Assembly (NCBI GenBank): GCA_964388035.1
Contig: CAYLZE010000071.1
Span: forward strand, 1 to 21,648
DNA from: an uncultured archaeon
GTDB lineage: Archaea; Asgardarchaeota; Lokiarchaeia; Sigyniarchaeales; SOKP01
Reading direction: 5' to 3'
Length of the DNA: 21,648 nucleotides
The translations under genes and the position numbers were made by a program. The notes beneath the pieces were generated by a model. The model was not told the DNA's origin. It searched no databases and saw only the letters and a list, made by a program, of their open reading frames with translations. Positions 7,341-15,494 of the stretch are shown piece after piece. Position 1 is the stretch's first letter; every line of letters begins with the position of its first letter.

Positions 7341-9257
7341 TTAAACCCCAATTTTTTTGATTTCTCTATTGATATAAAGAGAAACCAACCCGCTTAATGT
7401 GAGAAATAAGGCATATATTCCAAGTATTAAGAGAAACAAGTATTCACTCGTTCCTTCCAAGAGGAGGATGCTTCCGAATTGTATTTGTTCAATAGAAATT
7501 ACCCCGAAACTAAATGTTAAAATAATAATGACAAGAATTACGGGACATGCCAATTCTATTATTCCTAAAAGAAGATCTATATAGTAGATGATCTTTCGTT
7601 CTGTTTTATTAAGTTCGATAATTTGAGCATTCCCTAATGACATGGCAACTTTATCTTTTTGCATTTTTTTAATAAAGAAAAAGATAATTTGATTAAGGGG
7701 GACAATATCGAAAAGAATCGTAATGAATGTAAAAATTACGATGAAGATGACCAATCGCAACAAAAAGCTTGAAAAATAAACGTTAAATCCCAGAACTGGG
7801 GTGCTTAATACACTCAAATTATTTAAAATCAGAATAAAAATACCTACAGCAAGAGCAAAGAAGAATTTTATTCCAGCAAGGGTTAAGACGATAGAGGATC
7901 GATCCGCAATTGTTATTAAATAGTAGGTCATTCCAATAGTAAAAACCAGCATTCCAAACAACACCGCCGTAAAATTTAACGTGAATGCTAAAATCAAGCA
8001 CATTATCCCTACACCGATGGGCAAGTAAGGAAAAAATGGCGCTTTAAAGGGACGATCTAGCTTTTTACGGTTATATCTTAAGCTCACAGCCGCAATATTC
8101 ACAAATGCTAACCCTATAAAATAAATAAAAGTAGTCATCTCTGCTGCAAAACCAACATTGGTAAAAAAAGTTAAAATTATGCATAACGCAACCGTTAATA
8201 ACAAAGCATAGGTTGGAACGTCTGTTTTTTGATTCACTTTTCTAAAAATTTTAGGGACGTAATGATCACGGGCTAATGCGTGGAAAATGCTCCCTGCAGA
8301 ACTTAAAGCAGCATTCATGGACACTAACGTGGCAAGAATAGCGGCAATTACCATTACATAAAAACCGATAGGACCCAAGATTTCACCAGAAATTTCAGCT
8401 ATTAAAATTTCATGTCCCGATAAATTCGCAGAAATTTCTCCCAAATTTAGCAAAACAGCAGATGTTACTCCAATATAAATTAATAAGGTTATGAGAATAG
8501 CCAATAAATTTACCTTCGGAATATTTTTTGATGGATTTCGTAAATCAGAATTAAAATACGCTAAATTAGAGGTTATGCTGGTAAAAAATATGAATAAAGC
8601 GGCAAACATTTGAATTACTCCAAAAAAATTCGTTCCCGAGAAAAAAAATTGGGGTTTATATCCCTCAGGGTTTGTAATGGGAGCTATAAATACACCCAAA
8701 ATAAAGAAGAAAGAAAAGAATATAACTAGAATGATGGTTGCTCGAATTAATACTTTCGATCCCCCTTTAGTTGTAAGGAGAACGATGGTACTAATGAAAA
8801 TTATGGATAGAAAAGCGAGAAAAAATGAGTATTCAGAAGAAAAAGAAAATATGGAATTAATAACTAAGGCAAATGTTAACGCGGAAAAAGTACATGAAGC
8901 TACATTGGCCAACCACAGGAAAAAACCGATGACAAAAGCCAGAAAACCCCCAATTCCTTCCTTGGTAAAGTTATAAGCCCCCCCAGCAATAGGCAAGCTG
9001 GTTTCAAGTTCAGAATAATTCAATGCGGTGAAGAATATTAGTACCCCTCCAAGAATTAAACTAATCAATACACCAGGTCCCGCAATGTCGATTCCTCCGC
9101 CGAGAAGTATAAAGATGGAACCACCTACACCGCAACCTATGCCGTATAATACTCCACTTGCTATTCCAAATGGTTTATGGGGCTTCTTTTTTTCAACTTC
9201 AGTCTCAGTTTCAGGCAATGTGGTATCCTCAATTTTACTATAATTTACTTTATTCAA
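7341..9257 (-). CDS. APC-superfamily permease with C-terminal membrane extension (paralog 2)
   Basis: GIGCGVGGSIFIL, AGPGVLISL, YSELETSLPIAGGAYNF, NPSKNIPK, ALARDHYVP, RPFKAPFFPYLP; TTG start. Confidence 0.9.
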   Translation of the reverse strand: MNKVNYSKIEDTTLPETETEVEKKKPHKPFGIASGVLYGIGCGVGGSIFILLGGGIDIAGPGVLISLILGGVLIFFTALNYSELETSLPIAGGAYNFTKEGIGGFLAFVIGFFLWLANVASCTFSALTFALVINSIFSFSSEYSFFLAFLSIIFISTIVLLTTKGGSKVLIRATIILVIFFSFFFILGVFIAPITNPEGYKPQFFFSGTNFFGVIQMFAALFIFFTSITSNLAYFNSDLRNPSKNIPKVNLLAILITLLIYIGVTSAVLLNLGEISANLSGHEILIAEISGEILGPIGFYVMVIAAILATLVSMNAALSSAGSIFHALARDHYVPKIFRKVNQKTDVPTYALLLTVALCIILTFFTNVGFAAEMTTFIYFIGLAFVNIAAVSLRYNRKKLDRPFKAPFFPYLPIGVGIMCLILAFTLNFTAVLFGMLVFTIGMTYYLITIADRSSIVLTLAGIKFFFALAVGIFILILNNLSVLSTPVLGFNVYFSSFLLRLVIFIVIFTFITILFDIVPLNQIIFFFIKKMQKDKVAMSLGNAQIIELNKTERKIIYYIDLLLGIIELACPVILVIIILTFSFGVISIEQIQFGSILLLEGTSEYLFLLILGIYALFLTLSGLVSLYINREIKKIGV

Positions 9258-9291
9258 TAAAAATAGTAATTTTAAAAGTTAAAGACGAATT

Positions 9292-10728
9292 CTAACTCTT
9301 TTCGAGATGGAAGACACCCGAAATAATAGAGAAAATGCCTCCAATTAGGGTAATGACGATGGCTAATGTGTAATTCGTTTGATTTAAATTAATAAAACCA
9401 GAAATATATCCAATGCTCAATATCAGGAAAAAGATTCCAACAGCAATTAATATTCCACCAAAAAATTTAGACGCTTTATATATGAGAGAGAGTACTTCTA
9501 ATCGATTGATACGGCTTTCTTTATCACGTATTTCTTTTTCCTGTCCTTGTAATTCCGTTTTGAGTTTTTGAAATAATATTTTTGAATCAGTTATGCTTGT
9601 TTCAATGACTTCTTTTGCATTTTCAAGTTTTTCGTATTCTTCTTCCAACTGTTCATATTTTTCAGTAAGACTCGTAAGTCTTTCCTCCCTTTCTTGATAT
9701 TCTTTATTTGAGATCTCGATATTTGTCTTTAATTCCTCTATTCTTTTTTCATTGACTTCTATTTTCTTTTCTTCAGTCGTAATTTCCTCTTTTAAGGCGT
9801 CATGGGTTTCATTTAATTTTTGAATGCGGGATTCTATTTCGATGGCCAGTTGTTGCTTTTCAGTTAATTGAAACTTGTATTTTTCTAACAATTCTTCATA
9901 AGTCTTTGCCTTTTCCTTCATTTCAGGAAATCCTTCTTTGAATTCTTTAATTTGATTTTCCGTTTCCTTTAATCGTAATTCTTTTTTTTCTAATTGCTCA
10001 TTCAGGAGTTTTAATTCATCCTCTTTAGCATGAATCAAGGTATTGGAATGATCCAGTTCTAGTTTATTTTTTTCGACGGTAAGTTTCAAGGTTTCATTTT
10101 CGGTTCTGAAACTATTAATTTTCTTCTCAAGCATTTTTAACTCCTCATTCTGAGATTCTATCTTTCCTTTCTCTTCCCGAATTTGTTCATTTAACTTCGC
10201 AAGTTCTTCTCGTAATTCGTCTTTTTCCTGTACCTTCTCTTTGACACTATCCGTGAGAACTATGAGATCCACTTGCCTTGATTCATAAGATTTAATCAAT
10301 TGCTCATTATTCTTGATAAGCTCCTTATAATCCTCTTCTAAAGTTTCCATGCTTTGCTTTGTAATCTTTAAACTTTCCTCTAAAGTATTTAGTTCTTCAT
10401 TTTTCCGTACATATTTATCGTTGAGGGAATTAATATTGTCTTCTAAAGCTTTTTTAAAATTATCTAATTCTTCAATCTTCTTTTCTAAGGCTTCCAGTTC
10501 TTTTTGAGCTTCTTGGACTTCTTCATCAATCTCTTCTTTTGCTTTCTTTTCCTTTTCCTTTTTAGCGGGTTCTTTTTCGATTTCTTCCACGCTATTTTCG
10601 AATGTTCGCAGCTTTTTATCTATGAGATCTCTAGAATCTTTTGCTTTAGTTAAAAGCTCTCTGTTCACCTTATCATCTTCTTTCTCCGACTTTGCTGCTT
10701 TCTCCTCGTCTTTAATTTCTTCTGACAT
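9292..10728 (-). CDS. Long coiled-coil protein with two C-terminal transmembrane helices (paralog 2)
   Basis: Shares KAKDSRD, YESRQVDLIVL, KEGFPEM, EREERL, QEKEIRDKESRI.RLEVLS, SKFFGGILI and FHLEKS* with 3300-4754. Confidence 0.9.
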   Translation of the reverse strand: MSEEIKDEEKAAKSEKEDDKVNRELLTKAKDSRDLIDKKLRTFENSVEEIEKEPAKKEKEKKAKEEIDEEVQEAQKELEALEKKIEELDNFKKALEDNINSLNDKYVRKNEELNTLEESLKITKQSMETLEEDYKELIKNNEQLIKSYESRQVDLIVLTDSVKEKVQEKDELREELAKLNEQIREEKGKIESQNEELKMLEKKINSFRTENETLKLTVEKNKLELDHSNTLIHAKEDELKLLNEQLEKKELRLKETENQIKEFKEGFPEMKEKAKTYEELLEKYKFQLTEKQQLAIEIESRIQKLNETHDALKEEITTEEKKIEVNEKRIEELKTNIEISNKEYQEREERLTSLTEKYEQLEEEYEKLENAKEVIETSITDSKILFQKLKTELQGQEKEIRDKESRINRLEVLSLIYKASKFFGGILIAVGIFFLILSIGYISGFINLNQTNYTLAIVITLIGGIFSIISGVFHLEKS

Positions 10729-11177
10729 TTTAATATTATTATTATTAAGCTGGATTAATATGTATAATAAAGTATAAGAGTATTATAATAACTTTCTTTA
10801 AAAAATGAAAATTTTTTTTTATAAAATAATCGTTGAATTAAATAGATAATACTTTATACTGCATTTTTTAATCAAAATTATTTTTATAATACATAAGAGA
10901 TGACTCTATTTTAAAACTATCTTTTTTGACATTATTTCCTATGAAAATCAGAACAAAGGTTTAAATACAATGGATTCCTACTCGCTATTTCTGCTAGAAA
11001 ATGAACCTCATGGGGAGTTACAAGGGTCATAGTTAATAGTATTAATTTTATACTCACTCACTTCTTTTAAATTGCAAATATCTTAGAATATTTTTTTAAG
11101 ATTTAATTTCTTGAGTTTATAAGTTATTTTAAAAAGATCATTTCTGATGAAAAAACGTGCTTCAGTGATTAGATTTT

Positions 11178-12110
11178 TCATGGCTTAGCAAGTCTATTTC
11201 TTTTCTCGTCAAAATATAATACATAGTTCATTCCTAATATTTTTACGATTCGATCAATATACTCCGGTTTTTTCTTCTTTAACCAACGCATGGCGTGCTT
11301 GATGGTCCATATCAATCTTTTTTCTTCATTAGTTAAACCTTCTTCCGAAGCGAGATCTTCCCGAACTTGTATGTTGGAATCAGTTATCCATTTATCAACT
11401 AAATCTAGTATTTTTTCGGGCATGTATTTTGTTAAATCTTTAAGGTTATTTCCCACGGATTTTCTGACATAAAGAGAGGAATCACTATTCAATAGTGTCA
11501 GAATTTTCAAAACTTCTTCATTCTTATCGGGATCTCGTAGCCATTTTATATCGCTCATTGGTCTTAAACTTTCAGAAACCAATCTCCGATAATTTTCATT
11601 TTTACTCCTCGCTAATTTAAATAAATAGGTTAGCGTGTTCGTAATATTATTTTTTAATCCCGCTCGAATTGTAAAAGTAATGCTTTCCCTTATTGTCCAA
11701 TCCTCATGATTCGCATAAAATTCAATTAATGGGGTGATTTGTTCAAAATCATCGGGGTGATTAAAAATATCCTCTGAGAGGAGAAGTAAAGCGAAATGTT
11801 GCAAGAGTAGTGATTGCGTTTGCTCGCCATAATTGAAGATTTTTCCAATCAGTTTGGATATATAATTACTCTTAACAAGTTTCTCTCCCAGAAAGAAAGC
11901 ATACATTCCTTTCGCAACATATTTCGAAACATAAACAGTCCCCTTCCCAATTCTTTCTTTCTCTGGGATTTTTCCATATTCTTGTTCTAAAAAGTCTTTA
12001 ATAGAACTCAACAGTCCATCATTCTCATTCGATAAGAACCATTCTTTTATGTTAGTACAATAAGCTATAGTTCTATTTTTAATATTTGTACCCGAACTAA
12101 TAGAAACCAT
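11178..12110 (-). CDS. HEAT-like repeat protein, AlkC/AlkD-type DNA alkylation repair family
   Basis: RRLVSESLRP, DSSLYVRKSVGNNLKDLTK..PE and WTIKHAMRWL resemble AlkC C-terminal motifs. Confidence 0.7.
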   Translation of the reverse strand: MVSISSGTNIKNRTIAYCTNIKEWFLSNENDGLLSSIKDFLEQEYGKIPEKERIGKGTVYVSKYVAKGMYAFFLGEKLVKSNYISKLIGKIFNYGEQTQSLLLQHFALLLLSEDIFNHPDDFEQITPLIEFYANHEDWTIRESITFTIRAGLKNNITNTLTYLFKLARSKNENYRRLVSESLRPMSDIKWLRDPDKNEEVLKILTLLNSDSSLYVRKSVGNNLKDLTKYMPEKILDLVDKWITDSNIQVREDLASEEGLTNEEKRLIWTIKHAMRWLKKKKPEYIDRIVKILGMNYVLYFDEKRNRLAKP

Positions 12111-12156
12111 TTCAGATTCTCATCTCAATTTTTATTGAAAAATAATAAAAATTATC

Positions 12157-13644
12157 TCATTGAGAATTCTCTTTCAGCAATTTTATCTTAATGAAGAGAT
12201 TAAAAGTTCTTGGCCCAAAAGTGACGAGCACGTAGAATTGCTCCCTACTTCCAATTTCTAATTTACGATTTACAATAGGAAGTATCATTTGCTTCGTACC
12301 ATACGTGCTAGCTAATTCATGATCATAATGATTAAAATCGGCCCTATTTTCTAAAGCTCTTACGGTATGTAAAAAGTTTTCGGAACCATATTTTGAGATT
12401 TCTGCAAATTTATAATGCAAGTCCAAATAATTTCCCCACTCATGTTCATTGTTTATGAATGTCGTCGTGGTGTGGTATGTTCTCATGAACAATTCCCCGT
12501 GTTTAAGGGAGGGATACTTTTCCAAAGCTTCATTTAACTGTGTTTTAATAATATCTGTTAAAAACAATAATTGAGTTATGCTATAACTTCTTAATTTAAG
12601 TTGATAAAGCAAATTGACTTCGTTTTCATTTTCACTTGTAGGTAGATGTTTAACTTCCAATAATGTTTTATATAATTCTAAATCTTTCACGAGGGGAGTA
12701 AAAATTGAGGGACTTACTCGATTCACGTTTCTAAACATCCAGGTTCTTAATAGCATTTTCTGAGAAAAAGCTAATTGTTCGGAAGCTTCTAAAAAACCTC
12801 TCATCATTTGGGATATCTCTAAAGTAGGTGTAGCACTTCCAACTTGCATTTTATACCAGGCATTTTGAATAAATCCTTTTGTTTTAAAGAGGGTATTAAA
12901 AAGGTCAGTTGGAGTCATTCCTCCTAAACAACGCGGGTCCAATTCCAGCCAGGCGTTATTGAAGGTTTTCAATAATTGATAATATGAACGATAATCTCCA
13001 GAAATATCTAACCCACTCAAGATGAATATATTCTGTGGATGCGTTGAAATTAAGGTTTTCAATTCTGTAATTCCAGTTCTTTCAGTATAAATTTGAGGCA
13101 AATACGTATTACCTAAATCAATTTTAATGAAATATTTTTTTTGCTGGCAATGAATAAGGAAGTCATGAAAAAGGTTATCATTGGTATCGGTTAGGTCAAT
13201 ATCTGCTTGAGACGGGTATAGGACGATACCTGCAACGGGAATCTCTTTTTCCTGGCTCTTTAATTTTTCAAGGGTATCCGGGTTTCTTGGATCAAATGAC
13301 AAAATACCCTTGAATAAATTTTTATCCTTGGAAACCACGTTGATAACATCCTCATTATCAATTCCATGATCCTTGTTGAGTTCCATTCCCTGTATTAATG
13401 CGATTTGAATATCGGAACATTCGAATTCCAGTTTAACATCCTCTAACGTTATTTTCCTGCAATAAAAATAATTCCTTCCCTCTTGATTCTTCATGGATAA
13501 GAGTTTTTTCAGTTTCTCGGACATTTCAATATCCTCAAAAATAGGCCACACGAGGGAATCTACTCTTCCATAATAAAAAGCATTGGCATACTCATTTCCA
13601 AAAATGCACTTAAAATCAGGCTGATATAACCTTTCTTCTGACAT
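12157..13644 (-). CDS. Fusion protein: degenerate amidohydrolase_2-like TIM barrel + C-terminal YjbQ/UPF0047 domain
   Basis: C-terminal HTTTTFINNE..LH..FLH..NHYDHELASTYG...LPIVNRKLEIGSREQ..FGPR follows the YjbQ pattern. N-terminal FKGILSFDP, GIVLYP, HPQNIFIL, NAWLELD and VGSATP follow amidohydrolase_2 strand order. Confidence 0.7.
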   Translation of the reverse strand: MSEERLYQPDFKCIFGNEYANAFYYGRVDSLVWPIFEDIEMSEKLKKLLSMKNQEGRNYFYCRKITLEDVKLEFECSDIQIALIQGMELNKDHGIDNEDVINVVSKDKNLFKGILSFDPRNPDTLEKLKSQEKEIPVAGIVLYPSQADIDLTDTNDNLFHDFLIHCQQKKYFIKIDLGNTYLPQIYTERTGITELKTLISTHPQNIFILSGLDISGDYRSYYQLLKTFNNAWLELDPRCLGGMTPTDLFNTLFKTKGFIQNAWYKMQVGSATPTLEISQMMRGFLEASEQLAFSQKMLLRTWMFRNVNRVSPSIFTPLVKDLELYKTLLEVKHLPTSENENEVNLLYQLKLRSYSITQLLFLTDIIKTQLNEALEKYPSLKHGELFMRTYHTTTTFINNEHEWGNYLDLHYKFAEISKYGSENFLHTVRALENRADFNHYDHELASTYGTKQMILPIVNRKLEIGSREQFYVLVTFGPRTFNLFIKIKLLKENSQ

Positions 13645-13852
13645 AATAATTATATTGTTAAATTTGGATGCTGGGGATCATAATGATTGTTATTTTAGAA
13701 ATCTTTGGATGCAATAAAGAATTTTTGAGATTAATTGTATTAGGGAATTTAAGAATTTATTTCATTAAGTTCATCAATAAATCATTAATCTTTCATGATT
13801 TTTTTCAATGAGTTAAGAAAATCCCATGATTTCCACGATCACAACGTCCTAT

Positions 13853-13868
13853 TATAAAGCTTTATATA
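13853..13868. promoter_or_regulatory. Back-to-back TATA-like boxes forming a perfect 14-bp palindrome in a divergent intergenic region
   Basis: TATAAAGCTTTATA at 13853-13866. TTTATATA on + lies about 40 bp before the MFS start; TTTATAAT reads on the - strand. Confidence 0.45.
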
Positions 13869-13908
13869 ACAAACAATTTAATTCTTCATTAGATATTAAT
13901 AATTTAAA

Positions 13909-15297
13909 GTGATGATCTTGAACCAGCAAAAAGATTACGTACCTTTGGGAAAAAAAATATCGTGGGCGATTGCCAATGTTGGAGGACTCGCGATAGGTCA
14001 ATCAAGTATCCTGCTTTTATATGCATACTACTTCCTATATATTGGAGTTCCCCTTTCTCCCATTGGAATTAGTTTGATTTTAGTGATATATGGGATATGG
14101 GACGCATTAAATGAACCATTAATAGGTCATCTCTCTGATATAACAAGGACCCGATGGGGGCGAAGAAAACCATTTATTGCATTGGGAATAATCCCTTTAG
14201 TAATTTGTTCATATTTGATTTATACACCTCCTATTAGCGATCCCGTGATTTGCACCATTTATTTGATAATTATTTTGGTATTATATGAAACGTTTGTAAC
14301 GATGGTACTTACACTGTGGTTCTCATTATATCCCGAATTGACCTTAGACCAAAATCAACGGTTAGCAATTTCGAGATTTAAAGAAATTTTTGGAGTCATC
14401 GGTTTAATTCTCGGACTTGGCGTTGCTCCTTTGATCGCAGGTTCGTTTAGCAATCCGATGGTGGGTTTTTCTTTAATGGGATTAATTTTAGGTATTATCA
14501 CTGCATTGACAATGCTACCAACCCTACTTTTCATAAAAGAACGAAAGGAGTATTCCGCTATTGAAAATAAATACAAATTTTTCACTTCAATGAAAATCGC
14601 CTTAAAAGGCAAGAGTTTTATTTGCTTTATCATGGTTCAATTTTTGTTACAACTTTCTTACTCCGTTGTGCTTTCTGGACTTCCCATATTTTTTGAAGGA
14701 ATTTTAGGCATGGGCTCTTCAGAATGGGCGATAGACATGTTGCTCATCTTTTGCGTTGTGATTCCGGGATTATTTGTATGGATCAAAATAGCTGAGAAAA
14801 AAGGAACCAGATATGCATTGTTTATCTCAATGCTTTGTTTCTCTTTAACTTTTCCATTGGTTTTTCTCGTATTTACACCAACTTCAATGTTAGTAGTTCT
14901 TTTAATCGCAGGATTCGGGTTAGGAGGGCTCATGCTGTTTCCCACGATATTATTAAGTGATGTCATCGATGAAGATCATACCAAGACAAATGAGCGAAGA
15001 GAGGGTATTTTTAATGGTGTTTCAGGCGTTATTGTTAAGTCATCAAATGCAATTAGTTGGTTGGTGTTAGGCATTGTCTTAGCTGTATTTGGAATTGACC
15101 GGGAAAATGTAAGTCCCTCCACCATTACTCCATTAGGCGAAGTGGGTCTTAGAACCTTAATTGGGATCATTCCCATAATCTTTATTGCCGCGGGATTGCT
15201 TTTCCTTTATCTTTATCCTTTAAATGGAGAAAAATTAGAAGAAATAAAAAATCACGTCAGGACTCTTAATTTAAGCATATCAAAAACAACAAAATAA
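13909..15297 (+). CDS. MFS transporter, glycoside-pentoside-hexuronide (MelB/GPH-like) family
   Basis: WDALNEPLIGHLSDITRTRWGRRKPF and LSDVIDED...RREGIFNG motifs; about 12 hydrophobic segments. Confidence 0.93.
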   Translation: MMILNQQKDYVPLGKKISWAIANVGGLAIGQSSILLLYAYYFLYIGVPLSPIGISLILVIYGIWDALNEPLIGHLSDITRTRWGRRKPFIALGIIPLVICSYLIYTPPISDPVICTIYLIIILVLYETFVTMVLTLWFSLYPELTLDQNQRLAISRFKEIFGVIGLILGLGVAPLIAGSFSNPMVGFSLMGLILGIITALTMLPTLLFIKERKEYSAIENKYKFFTSMKIALKGKSFICFIMVQFLLQLSYSVVLSGLPIFFEGILGMGSSEWAIDMLLIFCVVIPGLFVWIKIAEKKGTRYALFISMLCFSLTFPLVFLVFTPTSMLVVLLIAGFGLGGLMLFPTILLSDVIDEDHTKTNERREGIFNGVSGVIVKSSNAISWLVLGIVLAVFGIDRENVSPSTITPLGEVGLRTLIGIIPIIFIAAGLLFLYLYPLNGEKLEEIKNHVRTLNLSISKTTK

Positions 15298-15299
15298 AG

Positions 15300-15316
15300 T
15301 TTTTTTATTTTTTTTT
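15300..15316 (+). terminator. Oligo-T terminator-like tract after the MFS gene
   Basis: Two long T-runs starting a few bases after the stop codon; consistent with archaeal U-rich termination. Confidence 0.45.
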
Positions 15317-15494
15317 AAATCTCTTACATTCTATCCATAAAATCCATGTAAAATTGAAATTGAAATAGAATTACTAAATGGATTTTAATTTAGAGAAAAA
15401 TTAGCCTATTAAAACTTCTATGATTATAATTTTTTCGAATTTATTAGCTTAAAGAAATATTAGTTCCAACATTTATTTCAATTAAGAACAAGTC

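Noticed and set aside
7399-9243. Small ORFs 7399-7584, 7819-8001, 8677-8976 and 9028-9243
   Set aside because: Antisense or alternate-frame shadows inside permease 2.
3300-10728. Coiled-coil proteins as SMC/Rad50, or the mirror arrangement as an assembly artefact or composite transposon
   Set aside because: No Walker A/B or signature motifs, and C-terminal TM helices are present. The copies are strongly diverged with synonymous changes, and I saw no terminal inverted repeats or transposase.
11000-11180. SECIS element with selenocysteine readthrough of the AlkC-like TGA stop
   Set aside because: The hairpin lacks the 3' GA needed for the GA/GA quartet, and readthrough would add only two more codons before TAA.
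11290-11472. 60-aa plus-strand ORF
   Set aside because: Antisense shadow of the AlkC-like gene.
14355-15176. Three minus-strand ORFs
   Set aside because: Antisense shadows of the hydrophobic MFS gene.
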